Of a stretch of 64,000 bases of DNA, positions 13,339 through 25,845 are shown piece after piece. The stretch covers positions 62,001 through 126,000 of the forward strand of contig JAQGDQ010002380.1 in the NCBI GenBank assembly GCA_030141605.1. Reading direction: 5' to 3'. The notes beneath the pieces were generated by a model that was not told the DNA's origin, made no database searches, and saw only the letters and a program-made list of their open reading frames with translations. Numbering within the stretch: the first letter of the stretch is position 1; each line of letters opens with the position of its first letter. Origin of the DNA: Tubiluchus corallicola. Its lineage: Eukaryota > Animalia > Priapulida. Position numbers and translations under genes: made by a program.

Positions 13339-15390
13339 TGTCACGAAGATTTTGCATATTGTGTTTTTTTGTTCCACATGTGTGCGCCATTTTTGTTCCA
13401 GTGGCAAAATTCGATTTTATGCGTGATAAACAATTTACAGTTTTAAATAAATCTTTTTGTATTAAATAATTGGAACTTATCCGTGATTGTATTTATATTT
13501 TGGTACGGAACTGCCGGGAAAAGAGACCTTTAGATGAGTATGGCTGAGTGTGATAAAATTAAACACTCTAGAAGTAGATCCAAGGGTTGGGTGAAGACTG
13601 GCATAAAATTACTAAAAGAGGCGATGTCTAGTGAAACGCCTAACTTTGTGTTTGTTCAGCAAAAATTAGAGAACCTTGGAAAATATATTGCCACCTTTAA
13701 TGAAACAGAAGTGTAGTTAGAAGATTATTTAGAAGGTGAAGAACTTGAACAAGCGATTATAGAGGCAAGTGAATTAATCAACACAGCGGAATTAATTTCT
13801 GCTCAGGCACTAAGTTTGCTAAAACCAGATTCAAGACCATGTAGTCCTAGTGATTTCCAGCGACATGCAAGTGATAATGATTTTGTCTTGCGACGAGTGA
13901 ATAACTGTGATTTAGCACGTAGTGAAAGTGCAGCGAATTTACCAACTAATAATGTAGTCGGTGCAGAAGTCACCAACATAAAACTACCTAAATTGCAACT
14001 GCCAACTTTCAGTGGTGACCCATTGAAGTTTTACGAATTTTGGGACATGTTCGTTGCCTCTGTGGATGCTAAACCTGTACCAGACGTTCATAAACTTGTT
14101 TACTTAAAGAGCTTACTTAAAGGTGAAGCTGCTCATGTGATAGATGGCCTGCAGCCTGTAGATGGCAATTATAAGGAAGCTGTTTCTTTGTTAAAGGAGA
14201 GATTTGGTGATAAAGACGCAATCGAGATGTCATTGTTAAAAAAACTGTGGCAGTTAAAGCCCATCACCGATTCGAAAAATATTGAAGCACAAGGAAGTTT
14301 TGTAGATGAGCTTGAAGTTGTTATAAGAGGCCTCAGTGCAATGGGACTTAGTACAGAAGAATTAGGTAAAACCCTAAAACCTCTCTTTCTAGCAAAAATT
14401 CCATATGCTTGGCGTGTTGAATGGGAGTGAATGAGAAGGCGTGAAGATGACAGCGTGAAGATGACACAACATGCTTTGAAAAATTTCGACAGTTCATGAA
14501 AAGCGAAGTTGATATTAGACGAAAGGCTGCTTCATATACTCGCCATAGAGAGTCTGGTGAATTTAGTCGTCGTGCTGGGTATAAGAATTTAGGTGTGAGG
14601 AGCACCCTAGATTCAGTTTCTCTTCTTCAGTCTAGTGATTTTTGTGGAAACACCAAAAATGCGCCTACAGCTTCAAAGAATTCCCATTGTTTATTTTGTG
14701 GCAGAGCTCAACATATGTGGCTTGATTGTGCGTCTCTTCCTACTAAGACTTTGCAAGAGCGAAAACAGAAGGTTGCTGAGCAGCACCGTTGTTTTTTGTG
14801 TCTTGGTTTAAACCACAGAGCTGATACTTGCCGTAAACCTCCATGCAACCGATGTAGTAAATGGCATCATTATTTATTGTGCAATTCAATTGCTGGCTGC
14901 TTCCAGGTGAGTCCTTATGTTAAAAGAGGTTCAAATACTTCTGATGCAAGTGTTGATGTTCCATCAGTTCATTTACAGTCTTTTTGTACGAATGTTGTGT
15001 TCTTAATGACTGCGACTGCTGTTTTGGAAGATACCAAATCGTCAATTCCTATTCGTGTTTTTATAAATCCTGGTGCCACTACCTCTCTTATTTTGTGTGA
15101 TGTTGCAGAGCGAGCAGGTTGCGAAATTATAGGCGAGCGTAATCTTTCGTTAGCTATTATGGGTGGACTTAGCACACCGCAACAGAAATGCCACATTGTT
15201 CGTGCTAAACTTCGAACAAATACAGGAAAAATTGTGACCTTTAATGCCACCACCCAAGATAAACTAGTGAGACCCTTTCCGGCATGTTCTGAGGGTGATT
15301 GGTTAGGAGACTTAAAGGGCATGATCCTAGGTGACCCAGAGATTCTTTGTGGCAATCCACGAGAAATTCATCTACTGGTTGGTATCCCCC
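13339..15390 (+). mobile_element. BEL/Pao LTR retrotransposon, 5' fragment (putative LTR, PBS, gag, protease), degenerate
   Basis: TG-starting LTR-like segment, then TGGTACGGAACTGCCGG as a PBS-like site at 13501. DUF1759-like LPKLQLPTFSGDPLKFYEFWDMF and three Cys/His knuckles (CLFC..H..C, CFLC..H..C, CNRC..HH..LC). Protease site reads FINPGAT. In-frame stops at 13714 and 14428 and a 14-bp duplication near 14439-14466. Truncated before RT. Confidence 0.9.
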
Positions 15391-15727
15391 AAAGATGATT
15401 TTTGATTTTTATAAAAAAAAATCAAAACAGTTTACCTTGTTCTTGTGTTTCGCTTAATCTATCCATTATTTCTACGTTATCTGTCTGTAACAAAATGCAG
15501 AAGTTGAGCAACCTCGAACCTGGTTTTGCGTTTGAATGGGTGACTGCCCAGGACTTGTAAATTATGTCATATTTAAAAGGCAATATACTTGAGCACGGTA
15601 TTTCCACCTCCCTGATACTTTACAATTTCATGTGATATTTTTATTTATACTTTGCATTACAATACTAGAAATATTTGCTGTTCATGTACATCATTTCTAT
15701 GTTAACTCGTCTTAAGAAACTGCTAAT

Positions 15728-15847
15728 GTCTACGGCCATATCACATTGAATACACCGGTTCTCGTCTGATCACCGAAGTTAAGCAATGTAGAGCGTGGTT
15801 AGTACTTGGATGGGTGACCGCCTAGGAATACCACGTGCTGTAGTCTT
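15728..15847 (+). rRNA. 5S rRNA gene copy 3
   Basis: Full-length copy with intact box A and box C, a terminal GTAGTC variant and a T-run terminator. Confidence 0.93.
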
Positions 15848-16685
15848 TTTAGTGATTGACAATTATCTAGCGAAGTGTGTGCACAACACGAACACTTTAG
15901 ATTGTCTTTGATTTTTGGAAGTTGAAGTGGTGGAAATAAATGTCTGTCTCGACCTTACGTTGATTTTTATTTTTTTGCATTTTAATGTGAAAAACTATCT
16001 ATTTGTTACGTTTCTCGAATGTTACACAAGGTAAGGAAAAATGAAAATAAACTAGAAAATCAGCCACTGCCCTTCAAAAATGATTTTTGATTTTCATAAA
16101 AAATCAAAACAGGTACTTTGTTATGCTTGGAAATCGTAGTAATCGTAGTATGCGTAGAAAATCAGCCACTGCCCTTCAAAACTGATTTTTGATTTTCATA
16201 AAAAATCAAAACAGGTACTTTGTTACTACGTTCACCGTAATCTATCTACTGTTTCTATATTATCTCTTTTTAACGAAATGCAGAAGTTAAGCAACCTCGA
16301 ACCTGGTTTGGTTTTGCGTTTGAATGGGTGACTGCCCGGCGACTGCTGATGCTGGTAACTTCTTAACTTGGTGCTTAGACTTTTTTAAATGGTCAGGAAG
16401 GGTGATGAAAAATGCTGTAAGATCTTCTTCACCACTCAAAAATGGATTTTTGTTCTGACAAATATTTTTAAATGAAGAATATTTTTGCTTGTTCATGCTT
16501 GATCATTCTCATGTTTAATTATGTCATATTTAGAAGGTAATATACTTGAGCTCGGTATTTCAACCTCCCTGATACTTTATAATTTCATGTTATATTTTTA
16601 TTTATACTTTGCATTACAATACTAAAAAGGTTTGCTTGTTCATGTACATCATTTCTATGTTAACTCGTCTTAAGAAACTCCTAAT

Positions 16686-16750
16686 GTCTACGGCCATATC
16701 ACATTGAATACACCAGTAATCGTCTGATCACCGAAGTTAAGCAATGTAGA
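16686..16750 (+). pseudogene. 3'-truncated 5S rRNA (first ~65 nt)
   Basis: 5S sequence ends after GAAGTTAAGCAATGTAGA and runs straight into a satellite. Confidence 0.9.
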
Positions 16751-17520
16751 CTATTGTCTACAGTGCACTCTTGTCTACAGTGCACTCTTGTCTACTGTGC
16801 ACTATTGTCTACAGTGCACCCTTGTCTACAGTGTACTCTTGTCTACAGTGCACTATTGTCTACAGTGCACTATTGTCTACAGTGCACTCTTGTCTACTGT
16901 GCACTCTTGTCTACTGTGCACTATTGTCTACAGTGCACTATTGTCTACTGTGCACTATTGTCTACAGTGCACTCTTGTCTACTGTGCACTCTTGTCTACT
17001 GTGCACTATTGTCTACTGTGCACTATTGTCTACTGTGCACTATTGTCTACAGTGCACTCTTGTCTACTGTGCACTCTTGTCTACTGTGCACTATTGTCTA
17101 CTGTGCACTATTGTCTACAGTGAACTCTTGTCTACTGTGCACTATTGTCTACAGTGCACTCTTGTCTACTGTGCACTCTTGTCTACTGTGCACTATTGTC
17201 TACTGTGCACTATTGTCTACAGTGAACTCTTGTCTACTGTGCACTATTGTCTACCGTGCACTATTGTCTACCATGCACTATTGTCTACTGTGCACTATTG
17301 TCTACTGTGCACTCTTGTCTACAGTGAACTCTTGTCTACTGTGCACTATTGTCTACAGTGCACTCTTGTCTACTGTGCACTCTTGTCTACTGTGCACTAT
17401 TGTCTACTGTGCACTATTGTCTACAGTGAACTCTTGTCTACTGTGCACTATTGTCTACCGTGCACTATTGTCTACCGTGCACTATTGTCTACAGTGCACT
17501 ATTGTCTACTGTGCACTATT
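16751..17520. repeat. 17-bp minisatellite CT(A/C)TTGTCTAC(A/T)GTGCA, about 45 copies
   Basis: The 17-bp period is directly visible. Confidence 0.97.
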
Positions 17521-19016
17521 GAGCTTTAAAACCAAGACTTCGTATACTTAAAAGTAAAAGGTCATTTACTGCCATTGTCAGCAAAAACAATGGAGAAAAA
17601 TCGTGGCATGGATTTTTTGCAAAAAATTACGGATTCATGCAACCAAAGTCCACTGCAAGATGCTGCAGACTTCGACGAATTATCAGCAGCTCAGAAAATT
17701 ACACAGAAAAAAGCTTAGAATCAATGCGATTAGCTGCATTAAAGACCTTCGGTTACACCAAGAGACTTAGCTAATTAACTTCAGTAATTGCTATAATGTA
17801 GTTGCTTTGTGACATATGCTGTGATTACAATCCCACATATTCGCCTGTTTTTCCATTACTTCCTTGTATAATTGTTGTCTGATAAACAGTTTCTCTGTCT
17901 GTTCTTTGTTCTCTGCTTGATTGGTTGGTTGGGTGGCATACTAGCTGTCAGACATTGGTTGATTGGTTGTTTGGTGAGTAAGTCGGTTGTTCAGACAACC
18001 GATTGGTTGGTTGACTGATTGAGAAGTAGGTGTAGTTCTGAATGTGCTTGTCGTGTTGTACACTGGATGCATGTCTCCTAGCTTGCTTACTTGGAAAGCT
18101 TTTTAGGTGCTTTGCAGAGTAGTGAGTTGATTGTGTGTTTTCTTTTATTTGACTGATTAATTTTCAAGTTTAATTTGTTTCCATGACACTTTCGCGTTAA
18201 CTGTATTTTGCCGCTTGATATTGTTGGGATATTTCTCAGATATAAGGCATTACATGTGTTCCATTAATGTAATTAGTCAATTGTGTTCGTGATTTCGCTC
18301 TTTGTCCCTTGTATAGCTGTTTTCCATGTAACAGATTTCTGTGTATTATCTGGTCTTCAATATAAAAATCATGTACGTCTTTATGTTATTACTTTGTAAG
18401 CTTTGTACCTTTACTAAATTTAGCTGCTTATGTTTGCATTTGCATACAAACCTTAGTTCACATTTTTATAGTTATTTGTGCTATTTGTACTTTACTTTTC
18501 ATTAATTTCTATTAACTGTAGAACTTATTGTTAATATATTATAATGTTAATATAATATAACAATTATCATATTGACAATTTTGCTGTTCTTTTTTACAAA
18601 AATTTATTTCTCACAAAGAAGAGTTTCAGAATTATACACAACCGATTTAGATTTCTATTTTTAACGTCTCATGATAAACGTGCAGCGATTAACTTTTAAT
18701 TTATTTTCTTTGTATGGAGAATCCTCAAAACGACTCGAATCGAAACAAGGGAATATTTTACCTTCACATACAGATATAGTAAAGATAACTTAGACTAGCA
18801 TTTACATCTTTTACATTAGAAAAACATTGAAAAGGCAGTCTGAAATATAACAGCTACAAGTGGATCTGAAACAAACGTGGATATATCAAGGAGAAGTGGA
18901 TCTACGTCAAGCACGGATGGACTCCGGATCTGTTGAAGAACTATTCTACTGTCCATAACTGTAGAAGTATTGTAAAAAGAATGTTCAATCTATGTTCAAC
19001 TTGGGAATCACAGGAT

Positions 19017-19968
19017 TTACCAGAAACCACCACCGTATCCACGGCCATAAGATACACGTCCGTAGCCACCAAGTCCACCGTATCCACGTCCGTAGTAACC
19101 ACGGCCATATCCACCATATCCACCAAATCCACCATATCCACGTCCGTAGTAACCACCGCCATATCCACCAAATCCACCGTATCCACTTCCATATCCGTAA
19201 CCTAATCCACGTCCATAGCCAAGGCCACGTCCATAGCCCAAGCCTCGTCCGTAGCTGCCACCATAAAATCCGCTGGCACTGACTACAGCAACCTACAAAT
19301 GTATTATCAATGAAACTGTTGTACAAATGAACTTATCAATGAAACTGTTGTACACGTGAACTTATCAATGAAACTGTTGTACAAATGAACTATCAATGAA
19401 ACTGTTGTACAAATGAACTATCAATGAAACTGTTGTACAAATGTACTTATCAATGAAACTGTTGTACAAATAAACTTATCAATGAAACTGTTGTACAAAT
19501 GTACTTATCAATGAAACTGTTGTACAAATAAACTTATCAATGAAACTGTTGTACAAATGAACTATCAATGAAACTGTTGTACAAATGTACTTATCAATGA
19601 AACTGTTGTACAAATGAACTTATCAATGAAACTGTTGTACAAATGAACTTATCAATGAAACTGTTGTACAAATGTATTATCAATGAAACTGTTATACAAA
19701 TAAAAACTTCTTGTTCTTTTAACTTCTTTTGTCTCCAAATGTAATTAAATAGTTTGACTGAAATGTTGTTGGCTAACACAAACCAATGCCAAGTACATGT
19801 GTCGACGTACTTTGATTGATGCAGTAAAGGCTACGTTGTATTAAATAGAAACGTGAATGTAAATTAACTAGGTGTGGTACTCGAACATGAACAATTGGCT
19901 AAATTGTGAAATTCCGTCCATAGACGACTTACCAAAACGGCAAGGAGGAAAGCTAGAGTGATCTTCAT
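19017..19968 (-). CDS. Secreted Gly/Tyr/Arg-rich structural protein, 103 aa (GRGLGY / GGYG / GYYGRGYG repeats)
   Basis: Exon 19968-19933 (MKITLAFLLAVL|gtaagt) joins exon 19292-19017 (ttgtag|VAVVSA-SGFYGGSYGRGLGY..GGGFW*) in phase 0. A candidate non-coding first exon ends at 20805, with TATTTAA at 20881-20887. Confidence 0.9.
19303..19702. repeat. 28-29-bp intronic minisatellite (TTATCAATGAAACTGTTGTACAAATGAAC), about 14 copies
   Basis: Visible tandem array abutting the splice acceptor of the Gly/Tyr exon. Confidence 0.95.
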
Positions 19969-21239
19969 TTTCCTAACAAGAAAAAATATTTAATTAACAA
20001 ACTAGAACTTGAATGGGCATTCGATAAAAAATCAATAATTGTCATTTTCCAAATTATTTTAGCATAAAACTGACAATGCTCTAATGATCAATGTTGTTTG
20101 GTGAAGAGACTGCAATCAAAAGTGATGAAAACTCACCTAATGCTGATCAAGGGTTAAATAAAGTGTTTGATACATGTATTAGTACAACATGTATTATACT
20201 AAATTTCGCAAAAAAGAAGACAATTAGTCAGTTTGTGCTAAATTTCTTTGGTAGCCAAAGTTAAGCAGTCGCAAAAAGACTGTGAAGCATCAATGAACGC
20301 CTGGATTAAGTTTAGATTATGCCGGTTTAGTAGCGGAAACCGTTTAAAACAGAATTTTGATACGTTCAATATTTTGATGGCTTAGAGGTAAACGTATTAT
20401 GTAAAATTTGCAATAAATTAAGACATTTGTGCTAAATTTCCTTCTTAGCAAAAATTAAACAAACTCGAAAAGCTAAAAGAGACAAAAACGGGGATAGGTA
20501 TGTACATTTTACGTTTTCAAACAGTTTCCCTTACTGACTCGTACGTTTCAAAATGTAAAATAATTTCGTCTCAATCTTGCTACTCCTATATTGTAGATAA
20601 AGTTTGTCGTAAATGTTAAGATAAAACGAAACATCTTGTAAGTTTACTCTTCAAAAAATACCACTGAATGTATTACCAAGAAATCTTTCAAACATTTTAA
20701 AAAAAGTTGCCGTTTGTAACGATAAAAAACGCAGTTCGTAAGATGACTAGGTCATATACTAAAACTTCAAAATGCTTACTTTAGTAATAGTAAAAAATAC
20801 TTACAATTATAAGTTGAGTTGAGATTCGTGTGGTACCACAGACGACAGGCGTATGGTAGCAACACCGGTCTCATCACGCCTTAAATACTTCCATCGGCTG
20901 GTGACCATGAGAGTCAAGCTCTTAATCACAGATACCTGAAGTCAGCAGCAGCAGTAGCAGCCGGATTTTTAACGAACAACCTTCTGTCACCCATCAAAAT
21001 AAAAGTGTTGTTTTCTGTCCTGAGAGACCGCGCATGTAATTTAAAGCCCTAGCAAGGCAGTTACTGAATATGAAACAAACAGAAAAACAATGACGTCTCT
21101 GTGCATTACCAGTGTAAATTAACGTTAGTGGAAGGTTGGAAAAACGCCTTTTATTTGAATGCATGTGTTTTGTTGATACTGATAATTATTTTCCCTAAAA
21201 AAACTTGAAGGGTACAGGGGGTAAGTGATTTGTAGTTAA

Positions 21240-22400
21240 TTGTGCTCAACAGAAAATTGGAGACATAGTTTAGACAACAAGCAATACATTTTAGCGGCAT
21301 TTTTGGATTTAAGTAAAGCATTCGATAGCATTAACGCTCGAACTACTTTACGATAACTTAAAACAAATCAGATTTTATTCGATATCGTTAAAACTGATAG
21401 AAAATCATCTCAAAGATGGACAAGAACGAGTAATGATACAACCAACTTTTCTGACTGGGCAACGTTAAACAGACGTATACCGCAAGGAACACTACTACTT
21501 TATTATTTTGCCTATATATAAACAACATATCCAGTGTATTACAACACTCACAAATAACGCTGATGACACTACAATCTACATAGCCCATGAAAATATCCAA
21601 ACTGCAAAAATTTATTTAGAAAAAGATATAAAAAATATAAATACGGCATTTAGTCATTACAAGCTAAATATGAATAATGACAAAACATAAACCATGATAC
21701 TGTCACCCTCATTAAATACTAATGATGCATCATCAACCACTTTGACAATAGATAATGCTGTAATCAAACAAACTAATAATGATAAATTTCTGGGCATACA
21801 GGTAGACAATAATCTTTCACGGGATGACACTTTAATAACATATACACAAAAATGGCATCAAGCACATCATATCTCCGACAAGTTAAAGGGCAGCTAATAA
21901 AGGAAACTAAGTCACTAATATATAAAACTTTAGTTCTACCACACTTCTTATATGGATGTACGCTACTTCAAAAAACCAAAAGAGAAAATTACTTAAAATT
22001 AAATCTCCTTCAGAACTATGTGTTGAGATTAATAGCTGGGTACTCATACAAACGTAAGGCAGGTAGACAAAAATTTAAAGCTTCAACAACTAACCTGAGA
22101 AAAACGTAAAAATTCCCAATCATTGAAGCACACAAAGAATATTTTACTCTGCTTTTTACATTTAAATACATTAACAACATCAGCAAACCATTCCGGAATA
22201 ACAGATTTACCTTTTTTCCAAGTCTAATCGTTAATTCCAGAACAAGCAATCTAAAACAAATTAGGACAAATACCCACTATGGAACGAACTCTGTAATCAA
22301 ACAAGCAATTCTACTTTGGAATTCTCTACCATTACAGGTTAAACAAATCAAGTCCCTATCAGCATTTAAAACAAAATTAAAATAACTAATATTAACCTAA
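21240..22400 (+). mobile_element. Degenerate non-LTR (CR1/L2-like) reverse transcriptase fragment
   Basis: GIFLDLSKAFDSIN near 21296, ADDTTIY near 21560, KFLGIQVDNNL and IYKTLVLPHFLYGC, with stops and frameshifts. Confidence 0.85.
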
Positions 22401-22616
22401 TATGAAATATCATCACACCAGTACGACAACATACACACTAATTCAGAATTTATATATCCACGGCCATATTAATTAAATCATACTTTTTTCGTTTTTTGTT
22501 CATAGTTGTAAATATGCTTGATTTTATTCGTCATTACTGCACAGTAAGTTTAGCAGTGTAAGTTTTTATTAACTAACACTGATTGATCATCTCTGTAAAG
22601 TTACTCTTACTTTACC

Positions 22617-22731
22617 TCACTCACTCACTCACTCACTCACTCACTCACTCACTCACTCACTCACTCACTCACTCACTCACTCACTCACTCACTCACTCAC
22701 TCACTCACTCACTCACTCACTCACTCACTCA
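22617..22731. repeat. (CACT)n microsatellite
   Basis: Perfect tetranucleotide run. Confidence 0.95.
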
Positions 22732-22738
22732 CTTACTC

Positions 22739-22966
22739 CTGCAGCACCTGGTATTCCTTGTTGGTCCCCCATCCAAGTACTAACCCCCCTCTTCGTTGCT
22801 TAACTTCGGTGATCAGAAGAGAACCGGTGTCTTCAACGTGATTTGAACCTAGTATTCCTTGTCGGTCACCCATCCAAGTACTAACCCGCCTCTTCGTTGC
22901 TTAACTTCGGTGATCAGACGAGAACCCTTGTCATCAACCTGTTTTGAACAACCGGTATTTTCAACG
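22739..22966 (-). pseudogene. Two tandem degenerate 5S rRNA pseudogenes plus a small third fragment, minus strand
   Basis: Reverse complements of TGATCACCGAAGTTAAGCAACG and GTTAGTACTTGGATGG each occur twice (about 22739-22845 and 22848-22945). Array-type flanks are absent. Confidence 0.85.
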
Positions 22967-23246
22967 CCGTAATTGTGTATAAGCAGATGCGCGTGATATA
23001 CAAGAATTGCAAACTTGCTACATAGGAACATGTACTAATGCGTATAAATTGTCCTCAAATACCAGTAAAATCCACACTAAGTTTCGTTTATTAACAATCA
23101 GTATGCAAATCAGTAACAACAGTATACAAACATGTTTAATATTAGCCTATATCGATTCGATTTTTTTACTTTTTCAAGAACGGAAGTGAACGAGTTAAAA
23201 AAAGACAAAAATTCGGATTTCCGTGATAAGTAATCTAGCTTGTCGC

Positions 23247-23470
23247 CTAGAATTCACAAATATACGGAAATTTTGCTGTATCACACGAGAAGTCATTCCA
23301 CGTGTTCCCATTTGCCCGCAAGATGGCGCAGCTTTCGCCATCGCCGTAATTTTCTGGTTGGCCATCTGCTACATCCCAAGAAGTAAAAAGGGCAGGTCGA
23401 CCTGTTGCAAACCACCTCCAGTCACCCTCCTCGTGTATGTCCATTAAACCAATCCAAAAATGCTCACCAG
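23247..23470 (-). CDS. C-type lectin domain, terminal exon (gene partial or pseudogene)
   Basis: FWIGLMDIHEEGDWRW..W..GQPEN..ESCA..WNDFSC..YICEF* follows a T-rich AAG acceptor at 23471. A possible 35-nt upstream exon lies near 23623-23657. The N-terminal half of the domain was not found. Confidence 0.8.
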
Positions 23471-24072
23471 CTTTATTAAAAACAAAATATAATTAATATT
23501 AAATTTGGTTATTTACCATTATATTTTCATATAATATAACAGTTATTTAACTTTTATACATTCCTCGGCAATTATAACGTACTTTACCACTCCCATGAAA
23601 CACTAAAATAACAAATATTACCAGTGATTTTTTTGAAATTTTTTTGCTCAAACAGCCTGCAGAAAAAAACGTTCTGACGGCACCTGGTGGGACTCTCGAA
23701 GGGAGATATACAGCTCTTTAGAAAGGGGAAGAACAGGGCTATACGATGATGTGGGCTATATTAGGACACGTCCATCAAGAGCAGTGACGACGACTTAATT
23801 AGATGTTCTATTTTTGGCAATTTTCGCTTGGAAAACTGCTGACGCAAAGCCATTGTTGTGACGTCATCCATTATACTCTGCCTGTAACTTTAATTCAGTA
23901 AAAGCTTCTGGCTTTGCGTTAGATAAACAGACAAACACTAGGTAGAATGTTTGCGCATATTTGATTATGAGTGGATTTATAAGCAAAATTTTTTTGCGGG
24001 GCCTTTGCTAGTTTGTTTATTAATTCACTCAATCGTTTATTCACACACAATCATTCATTCATTTATTCAGTT

Positions 24073-24235
24073 AGTCAGTCAGTCAGTCAGTCAGTCAGTC
24101 AGTCAGTCAGTCAGTCAGTCAGTCAGTCAGTCAGTCAGTCAGTCAGTCAGTCAGTCATTCGGTCGGTCGGTCGGTCGGTCGGTCGGTCGGTCAGTCGGTC
24201 GGTCGGTCAGTCAGTCAGTCAGTCAGTCAGTCATT
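24073..24235. repeat. (TCAG)n/(TCGG)n microsatellite
   Basis: Visible simple repeat. Confidence 0.95.
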
Positions 24236-24958
24236 CGTTCACTCATTCAGTAAATAATTTAAAAAACTTACAATTACTTATTTATTTGTGTGATTTATCT
24301 GCAGACAATTAAGACAAAATCAATATTCAAGCTACGAAGAAATAAAAACACAAATAGATAAACAGACAAAATGACACAAAACATACAAATAGTGTAATCT
24401 TCAAGAATCACGAAATTGTAATGTGACATGCAATGACATAATCGATGAAAAGTTGATCCAAGTTACTCCAAGGTCTTGCATAACCTCACATTTGGTCACT
24501 CACTAGCGGAGACGAAAGGTATGCATCTGAGAAATAATGGGTAAAAGCCCAAGGAGTCAAATCAAATATTGCAAACTGCAGCAATTATCATTTTGAATTT
24601 GCCAATGATTGCTTGATTTACTATAATAGTTATTTCAGTTGAGAGCTTTACAAGTTGTACAAGATGTACTCAAAAACTAATCACGTACAGTCAAGATGTA
24701 CACGCTACAGAATCTCCTAGTAAGACTGCTATTCGTTGTTAATTATTACTAGTAAATTAGTTAATTCCAGTTCTTATCGGTTTAGCATGTCCCATTAACT
24801 TGGAAAATGGTCAAACGTAACACATTTCTCATTTGTATTTTTCTCATAGGAATATATGATGGCAGCGAAGACAACTCTCTAATCCAATGCTGTTTTATCG
24901 TACACCTGGTTTTACTAGATTATGAATACTATAAATACTACTTGTGCTGTGCCGAGCA

Positions 24959-25080
24959 AGCTACAGCCAAATCACGTTGAAAACACCGGTTTTCGTCTGA
25001 TCCCCAAAGTTAAGTAATGTAGAGACCCTGGTTAGTACTTGGATGGGTGACCGCCTAGGAATACTACGTGCTGTTGACTT
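24959..25080 (+). pseudogene. Divergent 5S rRNA copy (probable pseudogene) starting the second array block
   Basis: 5S-like with many substitutions (GATCCCCAAAGTTAAGTAA, GACCCTGG, TACTACGT). The 5' flank is not array-type; the 3' spacer is. Confidence 0.8.
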
Positions 25081-25725
25081 TTTTGCTAGTGCCTATTAAC
25101 TATTGAAGTGTGTGCACAACACGACCATTTCATTTTTGCAGAATTGTTTCTGACTTTTGGAAGTAGAAGTGATAGGAATAAGTGTCTGTCTGAACATTAT
25201 TTTGATTTTTATTTGCTTTGCATTTTAATGTCTAAAACTATCTATTTGTTACGTTTCTCAAATACTACACACAAAAATTCAAAACAGATACTTTGTTACT
25301 ACGTTCACCTTAATCTATCTATTATTTCTATATTATCTCTTTTAACGAAATACAGAAGTTACGCAACCTCGAACCTGGTTTGGTTTTGCGTTTGAATGGG
25401 TGACTGCCCGGGACTGACATTTTTTTAAATGGTCAGGAAGGCTGATGACAAAAGCTGTAAAATCTTCTTCAACACTCAAAAATGGATTTTTGTTCTGACT
25501 GATATTTTTAAATGAAGGATCTCTTTGCTTGTTCATGCTTGATCATTCCCATGTTTAATTATGTCATATTTAGAAGGTAATAGACTTGAGCACGGTATTT
25601 TAACATCTCTGATATTTTAGAATTTCATATGATATTTCTATTTATACTTTGCATTAAAATACTAAAAAGGTTTGTTTATTCATGTACATCATTTCTATGT
25701 TAACTCATCTTAAGAAACTGCTAAT

Positions 25726-25845
25726 GTCTACGGCCATATTACATTGAATACACCGGTTCTCGTCTGATCACCGAAGTTAAGCAATGCAGAGTGTGGTTAG
25801 TACTTGGATAGGGGACCGCCTAGGAATACCACGTGCTGTAGACTT
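25726..25845 (+). rRNA. 5S rRNA gene copy (second block)
   Basis: Full-length copy with array-type flanks and a T6 terminator. Box C variant GGATAGGGGACC. Confidence 0.88.

Noticed and set aside
16754-17551. Cys-rich ORFs of 111-265 aa
   Set aside because: Translations of the 17-bp satellite, with no signal peptide or splice structure.
18933-19326. Overlapping Thr/Ser-rich, His/Ile-rich and Trp-rich ORFs
   Set aside because: Shadow frames of the Gly/Tyr exon, which alone has a spliced signal peptide.
24500-24591. Possible signal-peptide exon for the C-type lectin (ends ..PFVSA|gtgagt, minus strand)
   Set aside because: There is an in-frame TGA shortly after the ATG and no linking exons were found.
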